From: Strigamia acuminata
Taxonomy: Eukaryota
Assembly: GCA_949358305.1 (NCBI GenBank)
Contig: OX442314.1
Span: 27,218,001-27,282,000 of the forward strand
DNA: 64,000 nt
Reading direction: 5' to 3'
In this document: positions 34,701 through 46,700 of the stretch, piece after piece
Position numbering within the stretch: the first letter of the stretch is position 1
How the letters are laid out: the number at the start of each line of letters is the position of its first letter
Made by a program: the position numbers and the translations under genes
The notes under the pieces: generated by a model
What the model was told of the DNA's origin: nothing
The model's database searches: none
Seen by the model: only the letters and a program-made list of their open reading frames with translations

Positions 34701-37700
34701 CCCATCGAATTGTTTTCACATCGGCAATTTTATGCCGCCACTTATCAGTGGTGTATTTTGCAATTTTGCGCTTCAAGTCGAATTTACGTAACTCTGCCAG
34801 CCGTGTGGTTCGACTTGCTGACTGCGCTTGTTTTTGAAACATCGCGTCGATCTGTTCAGCGGTGTAATAACGTTCGTCGCTTGACTGAGATCTTCTTGAT
34901 CTCGTCCTTGAACGACTCTTTCGCTCTTTCCGCGTCTCGGATCGAGTAGATTTTTCGCCTTCCGAAAGGGATTCGTCCTTCGACCCTCGTGGCGGAGGTA
35001 CATTGTCGTATTTCTGACGCTCATCCCCCTTATCACGATCTTCGGGGTCTGGAGACGCACTCCGACTTCCAGACTGGTCATAATTATCGTTGGGCCGATG
35101 CGAATCGTTTTGTATCTTCATACGATTTCTTTCATCCATCATGGTCATGAGTTTGTCGCTATTAGTGAAAATTTCGGCATCTGAAGCGCCGTTCTTTTTT
35201 GATGTAGGCCCCTCAGCATCGGAACATCTTCTTTTGCGCGACTGTCGCTCATCTTCACTTGATGTTTGAGACGATTCGTCAGTTGCAGAATCTTCTAGCC
35301 GCACGACTTTCTTTTTCACTTTGGCGGCTGGACCTTTCTGTTGTGAGGCGAATTCAGCAACACGTATTCGTTCTTGTTCCTCCTCAAATTCTTCTTGTTC
35401 TTTCAGCAATTTGGCTCGCCGTAGCTCATCTTCAGTTTCTTGAGCTTTTTTGTCGGCGGCTGCCATTTGTCTACGGAGTTCTTTATTAGATGATTCCTGT
35501 TGCTTTATGGAATCCCAAGCAATCTCCTGTTCCCTTTTGAAAACTTCAGTCTCTTTTTTAGACAAATGTTTCTTTCGAGCATCGAATTCCATGCGTTGGC
35601 GCTCCAGTTCGTCCGATTGTTTTTTCAGTTTTTCTTCACTGTGACGGTACTGAGCGTTTATCTCTCGCAAAGCTTGATTCGATTTTTCAGCAGCTTCTTT
35701 GGCTTGAGACGCTGAGTTCATTTTTCGAGTAACAGCAGCCATCTGCTCGTTCATATGATCGACCAGGCGTTTTCTTTCATGAGTGGACATGGCTTCGTAA
35801 ATTTCCATAATCGTCATCTGATCAGTCACTTGTACCCCCTGGAGAATTGCTCGATCCAGAAGTTCCTTGTAACCCACCGGTTGCGTATCAGGAATCTCGA
35901 TGTTGTCCAAATCCATGGAAGAATCACCCCAGTTCGTTGGTCCAGCGGAAATCGCTTCTTCGCGTTCTTCACCGCCTGTTCCAACTTCCTTAGTCGTGGC
36001 ACTCTCGGCGGCAACAGCGTCAATAGTTTCGGCTACATGTTGAGCCGTTAGACTATTACGTGCCGTTCGAGGACGACCCGATCTTCGGCGCTTAGCGCCC
36101 GTTTTCGTACGAGTCTGTACTCCTTCATCATCAATAGGAATTTCTCCTTCTGAGTTAGACATACTGAATTAGACAGATAAGAGAGAAAGATGATAGGAAA
36201 GTAGGAATAAATTCTAAGTTTAAACAATTGGTTATCCCGGACGGGCCCTCAAGTGTTGCGTTCCTGACGGTTCCAATTGAATTTTCACAACAACACTAAA
36301 TTTATATTTAGTCACTATGGGATTTTTCCAATTGCAAGAGATCCCGGCGTTCACCTGTGGAAGCAGTTGAATGCCGTTTATAGGTCTTCTATCGGGTGGG
36401 TTAGCCGTTAAGTCGGTGTCTAGGGATTTGATCTCGAATAAAGGCTAGTTTAGTTATTTTAAATCAAACAGTTAATCAATTTATTGAGCGTTAAGTACAG
36501 GTTCTATTGAAGAGAATGTTAATAAGATGGGTTCTATGAGGATAAGGTCGTCGGCGTAGAAGGCGACGTGCTCGAAGCAGCGCGGGACTCCTTCGGGCGG
36601 GAAAAAGCAGTGCAGAAATGGCGACTCGTCGCCGCGCAAATTCTGCGAAGTGAGAAAGGAAGCGTGAAGCCGAAAGACTTCACAAAGAGTGTCGGCTGTT
36701 AAGCCTGACAAGACGGGAAATCTTAGGTTAAACCCTAGATTGCAACGGGAGATTTCCGTTGGAGACAAGTAGTCAAACGGCGGGTACCGCCGATCGTTAA
36801 AACCTGACTGGAGATCCGCTGCAATCTGAATCGGAATCTTCGTCAACAGGTCGAGGAGCGGCGACGATGGCTCTGCTATCCTCGGCGGCTGGCTGGCGTC
36901 GATCTTCAACGGCGTGGGCGCGTTGGTCTTCGGGCGGCGGCGGGAACGACGGTGGCTTGGGCCGTCGTGCGTCGTCTTCGCGGCTCGGAAAGTGATTCGT
37001 TTGAACGTTGGTTCAAACAAATCGGGTTGAAACTTGGCAAAACTCACGAGTCACGGACAAAACAGTGTTTTTGGTTGTGAACAAAGCTGTGTCGGTGTGA
37101 ACGGTATGAGTGTGATGCAAAGAGTGAGTAATAATTCGAATTATTGCCCGGAATATGGCCGGAAAACGGCCAGTGCGCAGGCGTGGCGTGTGCCAAGGCA
37201 CGCTTCAGCCCTAGCAACGGTGCAAAATTTGGGGATTGACTTAGCAACGCCCCAATCCAGGGCTCAAAATGCCAGGGCAGCCGTTACAGCTTCTGGGCCA
37301 ATTGCCCAAAAGCGCAACAGGTGCCTGGCAAAAAACACAATTCTAATGATTATGGTTAAAATATAAATAATATCTTAAAAACGTGGTAGAAAAACTTCTC
37401 CACAAATGAAGTGAACATTTGAGATCGCAACAACTTTTACGAAATGTGTACCACGTCGACCAAAACTTCTGGTCGCTCACGGAAAGTGACCATTCCATGC
37501 ACGGAATCAGGTCGTGTGTACTTAGCTTTAGGTAAAAATAATCATGAAATTTTGTTCATTAGGTTTTATTTAATTTAATTTAACAGAACTGTAATCCTTT
37601 ATTGTTTCTTTACCTAACCAATACTCGCCCCTACATGATGATGCACCTCTGAGTTGACATTGCAATAGAACCTCGATTATCGGAACATCGGTTATATGAA

Positions 37701-40700
37701 CGTTCGATTATCCGATTATCGGGTTTTTAATTGATTTCTAATGTTTTTTTTTAATGATTTTTACCTGTTTTTAATCAGTTTTTAATGTTTTTTGACAATT
37801 TGTATCCATTTTTGTTCCGTTTAAATGCTTTTAACAATATTTTAATGACTTTTATCTTCGTATGCAGCACAGTAACTTATGTGTACAAGTATGAACCTAA
37901 TGTTCGATTATCAAGATTACTGCTGAATATTTTGTGGCTTGAATTTTTTCAGTAGCTGCATTCGAAATGTCATTTACACTATAAACAGCATTTTTAAGCT
38001 GCTCGACTGAGTTGGCGGTGACTAATTTAGTTTGCTTTCAGTCGGAATGGGCATGTGCACCACAATCAAACAACCAAATATGTTTGACTGCAATACTTTT
38101 TGAAAGCAGCTATAGTAGGTGCATTCAATAAGTCTAAAACGTATGCAAAACTCGTTTCGTGTTTGTACGTGACGTCATTCCCATTGAATAACATGTTATT
38201 CAATGGGAATGGGAATGACGTCACGTGCAAACACGAAACGAGTTTTGCATACGTTTTAGACTTATTGAATGCACCTAGTGTTAAATTATGTACTAAATTG
38301 AGTACTAAATCTATGATGTGATGGAATTCGACAAGTCTTATGCCAACTTGGCACACATCAGGAGATATTCTGTTGAATGAGTGTCATTCAGTTATTTCCT
38401 GCTGTTTGAATTGCCTAGATGATCACAGTTAACGTCTGTGAACTGTGATCATTTTTAACATTTGTGATAAAGTCATCATGTGTCACAAACTATTGATTAT
38501 TTCTCATTTACTTATGGTAGTCGTACTTTTTTAATCAAAGTGTGTGTGCACTACGGGTTGCATTTGAAAAGACATTTAGTCAGGTCTTTACATAACAAAA
38601 TAATAAAAATAAGATTAAAAATATATTCATTAATTAGGATTAACAACTTTTCCACCTTGTACACCTTCGCTAGACTTACCGTATAACCTCGGGTATAAGC
38701 CGAGCAATTTATTGCAAAAACCTTGCCGCTAATTGGGGGGGTCGGCTTATATGCGCGTGTCCAAAAAAAAAATTGTAACGTAAGTGCTACGTTTGTAATA
38801 TTTTGTATTGTGTATAAGACCAATCGTCCAACAATCAGTCAATTTCAACAATTTTTGACTAAATTGTAGTCAACTTTATCAATTTTCGACTAAATTGTAG
38901 TCAATTTCATCAATTTTCGACTAAATTTCACAACATTTTGACGTACTCGGCTTATACTCGCACACACCATTTATTAGCAACATGGTGCCTCAGAATGGGG
39001 GGTCGGCTTATACACGGGTCGGCTTATACCCGAGGTTATACGGTACGAACAATAAGTCTGTTCAATCTTAATTTCTTTGATTTCTTTGATTTTCTTGATT
39101 TCGGGCAACTGGAAGTTACGATTTGTACGTCATAAAAACGAAATCTGATGTCAGAACATCCGATTTTGGGAAATCCATGTCTAGGATCGCTTTTCTTGAT
39201 TTAAAAGTGGATTTCAGCTTTCTCGAATTGCGATATTTTGGTCGCGTTTGAGCTTTCGAACGCGGCCGACCACATATTTAAATGTCAAAACAGGAAGTTG
39301 ATCTAATGGTTGAAATTGCGCATGTGCAACAGTTGGATTTTGGGAAATTTTAAGGCTGTTCAAAGTTGAAATCAGATTTCCTTGATTTCTGAAAATCAAG
39401 AAAATTGCGATTTCGGAAATCCATTTAAGATTGAACGCACTTAATATACTTTTGGAAAAATGAGGTCAGGTGATACGATCATGCGGTTGCTACCCTCTAT
39501 GTTAATTGTAGTTTTCTTATTGTGGGCGGAGGCAAACTGCATTATGTCATAATTTTCCACTGGTCTTGTGAAGATTTTCTCGGAAATTGACGAGCCAGTG
39601 TAGTCTAAATGACTTAGCAAATGTAGCTAGTCTGTATTGGGAGTCGTTTCTTGGCTTTTCGAGGTAGCAGAACCTTCGGTGTTTGGTTTATTTGCATTCG
39701 GTACAAGGCGTGTACTATTGAGTGATGCTCAATGCGATAAATGACAAGAATCCAAATGATCGGTTATTTCACAATCCGTTTAACTTTGAAGAGCAATCTT
39801 GTCGAGTCGGATTTATTCTCTCTTCTTCCCCGCCTTGCCAGGGAAAACATGTTTTCTTTTTGAGGTTCAGTAATGGATGAAAAAGTTAAATCAATATTGT
39901 TGCATCCAGATTTGATTTTAATCAAATTAAGAAATGACATGCGAAGAATTTGATTTAAATATAAAAGCACAAGAAATGAGGAAAAATGATGAAATCGGAG
40001 AGAAGTGAGGGAATTGCTCTGGGAGCCGCCAACGTAATTTGTTAGACGAATCACAGTCGGCGTTTGTCTCATTTACACTCAAGTCGAGTTGCCCAAAGGG
40101 GTTGACAGGTGTCAAAAGCGCATTTTACCCGAAGCCAATTTGCCTGTTTTTGATTGACGGCTCATGATTCGAATCAAAACTTTTCATGTAAGGGCAGGAA
40201 GGAGGAGGAGGAGTGATGGAGAATACCAAAGTGACATTGTTTTTTTTTTTTAATTTAAAAAAAAAATTGTGGACAGTTTGATTTATTTGGGATTTTTGGA
40301 TTTGTATACAGATTGCAATGTGGATCTAATCAATCAATCGATCGATCGAACATCAGCAAATGATATTTACCGTATTTCATCGATTAAATAAACTGCCATT
40401 TTTGTCAGCAATTACAATTTCGGTTTTTTGTTTGTTACATTTGTTTAATATAAAAAAAGAAGTCTGAACGTCACAAACGAAGCTTACGTTCAACGTTCGT
40501 GAGGTTAAATGCGAAAACAATACCGTACTTTTGCAAAAATACAGTATTCTTGGTGTCTCAGCCGCAGCTACTATTCGCTGGCGACTCTTAATTGGTAAAA
40601 TACGCTGTTTGTTATTCATGGATTCAAACATTGTAACAATTTGAGCTACCTAGAATACCGTGTATCGAAAACCGCCGCACAAAACACATAGACATTAAAT

Positions 40701-43700
40701 ATCATTTTGTGCATGCCCTTGTGAAGGATGAAACCATTTGCATTAAGTATGTCGATACCCATGAAAACCCAGCCGATGTTATGACTAAGGCCATAGACAG
40801 ATCTGATTTATTACGTTTTTGTGCAAGATACAGTATATGTGCATTAGTAAGAATTAATACTTTTTCTCCTTTCCTTAACAATATGAAGGGGCCGCTTGTT
40901 AATCTTAGACATGTATACACATTTTGTATTACCGTATTTATTTATTCATTTGATATTTAAGTGTATAATATTGTAAATGTCATATTGTTATTTACCTTTA
41001 TTGCATGTTATTATGTTTTACTTAATGCGCCTCTTTTGCGAAACTACGTTATTCTTGCCCTGTTTAATGCAACGAATGCTGCATTCCGTCTACGTTTGTC
41101 AGGTTAAACAAATTTAACAAACGAAAAACAGAAATTGAAGTTGCGAGTTGCGACCGACAGCGATAATTTGGAATAGGAGACGTGGGTTCTTAATTTAAGA
41201 AATGCGGTAATTTTAATTAACTGTTAAATGAAGCAAACTGATACTGGAACTTTAGGAAACTGATATTGGACCTTCTTCTATCTCGAGTCATTCCACCGTT
41301 GCCTCCCAAACAATACTGTGTGTTTCAATAGGAAAGATGCAAGCCCAGCACATTGCGATACCACCAACATAGAGATCCATGAGTCTAGTGGGCAAATGAG
41401 GGGTCCGCAAGAAACGACTGGTTTTCTTTGTAACCACAGCTTTGCATTTCTGCGCATGCTGATCTGTGCTGAGTTTGTGTTTTTCTTTTGAAAACAGAGT
41501 ATTGCCAATCACAAGTTTAAATTGAATCCAATGTGTTTCATCAAAATCATCACGTTTAACTGTAATTAAAAGGATGAGATAGCTTTTAATTAACCCGGAA
41601 CTCTGCAGGGGGGGAGTCACTTATTTATTTAATATGCGTTTCTCTTGATGATGGGCTGTACAGCAGACAGTTTGTCAGGGATACAATTAGCTGCATTTGA
41701 AAAGCCATTTATAGATTAAAGAACATTTTGCAGCTTCGAATTTTGAATGTAAATTTTGTGTCATTTGATCTGCCCGGCTTGAGTTAACATCGGCTTGATT
41801 TAACTTAAAAAATGGTGGACGGTTTAGTCAGCAGTGGGTATGTCCACCAGGTTTAGACAAGGAAACGTGTTTAACAGTCGTGGTTGGGACTTTCTTGGCT
41901 GTGTTTGCTTTAACACATTTTCACAAAATGAGCCTTGCGTTGTGGTATGTTGCGAGGCTAGTTTTTGTGAAAATGGCGCTGAACGTGCATTCGGTTTGCG
42001 ATTTTTGGGTTGGTTTTTTTAGTGTTTAAATGAAAAATACCTTTTGTTTTTAAAAATAAATAACTTTTGATATTTCTAATTATACTTTTTGAGGAATACA
42101 AAGTGGTTTCATGTGGTTTTGTTTCAAGTGTTATTTTTTAAAAAGAATTTTTTGTGGTTATGACATCAAATCGACCTCAGCATGGCTAAGTGACGGTTAA
42201 CTGCAATTTTAAACGCACTTTCTGGCATTTTTAAATTGATTGCAGTTAAACAGCCTTTGTTGGGTGGTTTTTGTAGATTTTGAGAGATTTTTGTGAGGTT
42301 ATTGTGAAGATTTGAGAGGATTGTACAGCTTTTGCTAACCTGTGGTGTATTGCAACCAACTACAAGCAGTAAGTTGGAATTGGAATTGGCAAAAATTGAA
42401 AACAAAATTTTGGGCGACTAAGTTATTGAATGTCGTTTTAGCGACGCGACATTTTAGCGATTGCTACGTTTTAGCGACGCGACACGATTTACCGCGACAA
42501 GCCGGCTCAAAAAAGTGGTTTGCATCAAAAAACCAGTAATGTTAGGTTTGCGGGGGGGTCAAGAGGGGGCGCAGCCCCCCCTTGTTAGCCTTTCTTAGGA
42601 ATTAAACCTAAACTATATGGTTAGGTTAATATTAGTGTTAGTATTAGTGCTGTTTTAGCGACCATCACTTTAGCGAACATGTCATTTTAGCGATTTTTGT
42701 GTCGCTAAAATGACATGTTTGCTAAAATGGTGTGTTGCTAAAATTAAATTGCTAAAATGAAATCACTAAAATGAAGTACATCCGATTAGACTGGTTAGAC
42801 AAAATATAAGAGTTGAATTATTTTGTCATTTTTGTTATCCCGTGCAAAACGCAAAATTTTGATTCATAAAATTCTTCTTTTACGGATCCCTATTAATTTG
42901 TTTAATAGCTTTCGCACAGTCAATTGCAACCGTTTTAATGATACCCTCAAAGTAGTGTGAAATCATTTTTAAAAGCGTGTAATTTCCAAAGCAGACTAAA
43001 CATGTTTTTATGCTGTACAGCACAGCAGAGCATAGCATACAAATGAAGCAATAAAAGTTGTTTGGTTGCGGGTTTTGAATTTCACGATTCCATTCCTATG
43101 TGAATACTATAGAATAGGAAGTTTTGAGCGATGAAAATGATGCCTTTTAAGTGCTATGAAGCTTTTAAGAACCACTTTGCTTTTTTCATCGCTCCCAAGA
43201 CATCAACTTGTGAAACTTTGCAACTTCTCGCTTCGCTGACACCCACCCAAACGAAAGGGGAAACGAAATGGGCCGAGGGAGGTGCGGAGGGTGGGGAGCC
43301 TCTATTTCCACCCCCAGCTCTGCAGAATATACTTTTTATATATTTTACTTTTTTTTCCTTTTTTTGGAATTGCAAAACTGAGACGCTATACAATGGATTA
43401 ATGAATTTTAAAGGAGTTTGAGGACAAATCTTGGGCTACGATGTTGTCAAAGTGCTTTCAAATGGATGATGTATTTTTAAATAGTCCATTTTGACTAAAA
43501 GCGGGTGCAGGTGGGCTTCCCCCAACGGATAAATAATTCAAATCCCAGATAGGGGGTGTTTAAATGGAACGTTTTCCACCTGGGAGTGATGAGCTTTATG
43601 TTTAAGCGTTGCATATTTTAGGGGTTTGAAAATCTAGGGTTTTGGAACTTGATTTGGGTATGAATTTTTAAATTTCTACACTAACCAATTCCCATTTAGC

Positions 43701-46700
43701 GAAAACCGAAGTTTTAGTCGCCAAAAACTCGGTTATATATTGAGAACCGGTAATATACTCTCTATACAACGTTGTCCTAATTCAAGCCGTATTACGCCTA
43801 ACTGTGGACTGTGTACTTCCACCAGGAAAAGTAGTCTTGTTCTATTTTTAAATTGTATGATTATTTTAATGTTTGAAATTATGTAAGTTTATTTCTTTTC
43901 TATAATAGAATGTTTTTTAAAATCATAAAATATTGTGTAATGCTGGTTTTATTTCTAAATACATGTTTGTTCAGACTGTTGAGTTTATTGGTTGCTTTGT
44001 CAGGAAAGCAAGCAGTTATTGAATTTTGTTATCGGTTGCATTGTCTGGAAAGCAATCAACATGTATTTTGATCTATTTTTTGGGATCACTACACTAGTGA
44101 AAAGGCTGGGCCAATAGGAATTAGCGCACTCTTATACTCGGACAGAGTATAGCTCTTATAAGCTTACTCGGCCAGAGAATAGTACAGCTGCATTCCAAGT
44201 CTTATTTTGGTCTTGATTTATCTTCTTTGAATGCATATTTTAGACGTTTATGCAACAAAAAGTTGTTTAACGGCTGTTTAAGTTGAAAATATTGAAATGC
44301 ACAAAAGAAGGTTGTTTAAAATTTCAGTTGAACTTGTTTTTTAGTTTAAAAGTTGTGCGTACTGCCACTGAAAGCGGACTAATACAAGTGGAGTGGAAAA
44401 GTGATTTGGGTGCCACTAAATGCACTTACCCACTGGTAAGTGCACATTATTGTGTCTAACTTACTCTGAAATTCAGAATAAACTTGTTTAGTATCTGTAC
44501 GTGCCAACTATAATATTAAAATTAAATTTACACACTAAAGTTATCGGGGGTAAACTGCCTCATTTAAAATGAATGCCATTTTCTTTCGATCTAAGCAAAG
44601 TTTTAAGTTTATTTCATCAAAAAAATGCATAATGCTGCAAAATTAATAAGAAACTGAATCCAAGTTTGCAGATTTATGGTGAAGATTTTGCCACTGACAG
44701 CATTTTGAATGACATCGTGTGATTTATGTGATGCAAATTATTTATTGAAGGAATAATTTTATCCACAGCGTCTAAAGTACGGCTGGCTCAGACGTCGGTT
44801 TTTGGATCACTAGACCAGTAAAATGGCTCGACCAATGGGATTTGGGGGTCTTTTTTAGTTCAATAAGAGTATAGATTATGCTTATGAAACTATGTGCTGA
44901 TATCATTATTATTCCGCGTGCTATATACTGTTGTGTTTATTTTCAGCCCGTTTAAACACGTTTAAACGAACCTTTAAACGAAAACCCCATTCAAAAGTTT
45001 ATTTAAACGGGTTTAAACGATCGTTTATGAGTTATTGAATACGCCTAAACTCTATTCCAAAAAGTATTACAAATACTCCCATTGGTTGGGAGATTCACAG
45101 TTCAGTTGTGTCTTGAATATGATGCTGTTTTCAGATTCCAGTAGACTTGTGCGAAGATTTTTTAAAGTGTCTCAACCAACCAACCAATGGGAGTATTTGT
45201 AATACTTTTTGGAATAGAGTTTAGTATTTGGATTTGGTGTCAGACGCCATTTTTTGAAGTTGCATCAAAACAGTGTTGTTTAAGAATGCTGTTTAATCTA
45301 AATGTGTTGTTTAAGAATGCTGTTTAATCTAAATGATTTTATGAATTCTTCTAATGTTTTTTTTTGCTTGTGTTTGAATTAAATTTTGGGTTATTTACAT
45401 TGAATTATGCTTCTTTGTAATGCATCATTGGTTTCTGATAGCAGAAATTAGCTGGATAATCATTTTTCTCACTTGATACAATAAACTTTAATAGAAAGTC
45501 GGATTCTTTTTCAATTTTTTTTTCTGTTTGCTTTGAAACTACCAACCAGAGCGTTAAATTACAAATAAAAACATGCACTCTTGTGTTAAATTAAATTCCT
45601 GCTCGTTTCTATACTTGACAAGCTCCATTTTTTTTTCTTTGCTAACAATTTATTTTTTTCTTTACGTGTACTTATTCTTTTCAGGGGCTTCTTGTGGTTG
45701 TTCTTCTCGTCACTGTTGTCATCAATGTCATGTTCATCGTAGACACCACTCGCAAATTACATGAAAATCCGCTCAATTACGGTAATGAAAATAATGATCA
45801 AAATAAAAAAGTTGTTTTCGACAACTTCTTTGTTTTTCTTTTTAATTTAAATCAGTCCAAATGCATATTTTACACACAGATAAGAAAACTAGTTCAAAGC
45901 CTCTTTAACTGCAATAAATTTAGATGCATGCTGGAAAACCTTTTAGATTTGCAGTTTCGACCATCAACTGGTCATCTTCAGTGGAAAAACAATAGGCGTG
46001 TTCAAAGTTTCGGTTTTTACGATTTTTACAGTTTCTATAAACGGAATGGCATCAAAAACAGCCAAAACTTATCACCAAAAACCGCAAAAACTAAAACCAT
46101 GACTTGAGTGGTTTATGAATCGGTTTATGCCGGTTTTGGTTTTTACAACCAAATTCATAATAGAGAGTTTGCGGGATGCATTTTTCCCTCATTTTTCTCT
46201 ACGTTACACTATTTTAGTGCCATATCGTAAGGGAAAAATCTTTAGTATATCGTTTTCAACACTAAATTAAAATATAGCGCGGCCAATCAGAATTGAGAAC
46301 ACTATATTGTTAGCTCCGCCCATTGCAAATGGCGATTATTTTGTTGTCCCGATCAAACACATCAGGCAAAGGTACGTAGATTGAATGATAAGTGAGGCCT
46401 AAAATTGAATTTTAGGCCCAAAACCATACTTTATAGGCATAATAATGGAATTTTATGCAGAAATTTGCACGCTTATGCCCCCAAATTAAATTTTTAGGCC
46501 CAAAATTACTAATTGTCAGTAGTTGGCTGAAATAGTGAGTGATAAGGGAAAAGTGCAGCCCGCAAAAACTTAATTTATCATTTTTCCCTTACATTATTTT
46601 TATACCGTATAGTGTTTAATTGTAAGGGAAAAATGCATCCCGCAAAAACTCTATTGGCCGCCTCGAAAGTTAGATAGACAGATCAGACTTTCAAGTGTTA

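Larger units (their letters stand above)
24270..37432 (-). mobile_element. Full-length, intact Ty3/gypsy LTR retrotransposon (13,163 bp) with extra ORFs
   Basis: Two 1179-bp LTRs bounded by TGTTGCG...CGCAACA. 4-bp TSD ACTT at 24266-24269 and 37433-37436. PBS, PPT, uninterrupted gag and pol, and PR-RT-RH-IN domain order. Confidence 0.98.
24090..37527. mobile_element. PIF/Harbinger-like MITE (about 270 bp) split by the gypsy insertion
   Basis: TIR AGCTAAGTACACA (24090-24102) / TGTGTACTTAGCT (37515-37527), flanked by TGA/TTA, brackets the LTR element. Confidence 0.65.

Noticed and set aside
25602..36051. Many + strand ORFs antisense to gag, pol and ORF3
   Set aside because: Shadow ORFs of GC-richer coding DNA; all 149 aa or shorter with no motifs.
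42415..42780. TTTTAGCGA repeat block with GGGGGCGCAGCCCCCC hairpin
   Set aside because: Clearly repeat-derived, but termini and superfamily cannot be defined.
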